Positions 63,499-64,000 of a stretch of DNA of 64,000 bases are shown here, piece after piece. The stretch is from an uncultured Flavobacteriaceae bacterium. GTDB lineage: Bacteria; Bacteroidota; Bacteroidia; Flavobacteriales; Flavobacteriaceae. The translations under genes were made by a program, and so were the position numbers. The DNA lies in contig CANNCA010000004.1 in the NCBI GenBank assembly GCA_947503005.1, positions 144,324-208,323 of the forward strand, in the 5' to 3' direction. The notes beneath the pieces were generated by a model. That model worked only from the letters and a program-made list of their open reading frames with translations, had not been told where the DNA came from and made no database searches. The number at the start of each line of letters is the position of its first letter. The first letter of the stretch is position 1.

Positions 63499-64000
63499 AT
63501 TGAAAATAGGAATCTTAATTAATGAATTTAAAGGTCTCTCCAATTGGCAAATGCGGATAATCAAGGCCATTTTGGATGACCCATCGCTTGAATTGGCATT
63601 GGTTATCAAAAAGGGCGGAAATTATAAAAATGTAACGAACGATTCGTCCCTTCCATTTTTTTCAAAATTTGGATTGAGTTGGGTATTGCTAGCACTGCAG
63701 ATTTTCATAGAAAAAAAAGTCTTTTTCAAAGAGGTGTTTTGTGTTGACAAAGTTTTTTTACATAATGCTTTGGTAAAACTTCCAAGCATTACGATAGGGC
63801 AACGAAATTCAGTGGAAGAGAATGTCTATGAAACGACTAAGCAGGTAACAGAAAAAAACCTTGACCTTCTTATTAACCTTGGGTTTCGCAACGTTCCTCT
63901 TAATCTTATAAACACTGCAAAGCATGGTATTTGGGATTTCTTACACGCAGATTTTTCCTCAACCGTAACAGTACCTGCAGGCTTTTCTGAAGTACTTCAA
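63499..64000 (+). CDS. Partial ORF running off the window end, formyltransferase-like N-terminal domain (tentative)
   Basis: Manual translation gives MKIGILINEFKGLSNWQMRIIKAILDDPSLELALVIKK...NTAKHGIWDFLHADFSSTVTVPAGFSEVLQ. It is open from 63475 to the window end. The start (TTG 63499 or ATG 63550) is uncertain, and the family call rests on weak resemblance. Confidence 0.4.

Noticed and set aside
1-64000. Search for tRNA/rRNA genes, CRISPR arrays, transposases, integrases, toxin-antitoxin pairs or defence systems
   Set aside because: None was recognised by eye on either strand. I cannot exclude small RNAs or degenerate elements without covariance-model or HMM searches (tRNAscan-SE, Infernal/Rfam, ISfinder, DefenseFinder).

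Overview
The window looks like a marine Flavobacteriia-type Bacteroidota chromosome. Evidence: SusC/SusD pair, many lipoprotein signals, TAnnTTTG -7 promoter boxes, sulfatases. All family calls come from motif recognition by eye; no BLAST or HMM search was possible.

Layout:
1. 1-19.1 kb: a unidirectional minus-strand alginate utilisation locus. It holds a GntR/FadR regulator, two PL7 lyases, two PKD lipoproteins, SusD, SusC, two SDR reductases, KdgF, a double-domain PL7-like lyase, a heparinase II/III-like lyase and a PL6 lyase.
2. 19.2-22.8 kb: a divergent plus-strand trio. It comprises a Tat-exported xylose-isomerase-like TIM barrel, an RraA-like aldolase and a cytochrome c-PQQ sugar dehydrogenase.
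3. 22.9-33.9 kb: mostly housekeeping genes (QueE, methyltransferase, NamZ-like, LolE-like, CBS-type PLP enzyme, CotH, epimerase).
4. 33.9-40.4 kb: a sulfur/redox cluster (Crp/Fnr, di-haem peroxidase, SulP, MBL-rhodanese, DUF2892).
5. 40.8-45.5 kb: a DnaQ-GIY-YIG nuclease and two sulfatases.
6. 45.9-64 kb: a Wzx/Wzy-type exopolysaccharide locus. It carries an AsnB-like amidotransferase, two FemAB-like paralogs, a DUF3473-type deacetylase, WecB and a Wzc kinase.

I recognised no rRNA, tRNA, CRISPR array, transposase or integrase.

The most notable signal is a double-box operator (TGGTTAACCA-N3-TGGTTTACCA) fused to the -7 promoter box. It occurs at four promoters of the alginate locus and expands to four 13-bp-phased boxes in front of susC. 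At 19.1 kb it is shared with the divergent trio. This suggests an uncharacterised periplasmic oxidative branch belongs to the alginate regulon. That link is inference, not demonstrated.
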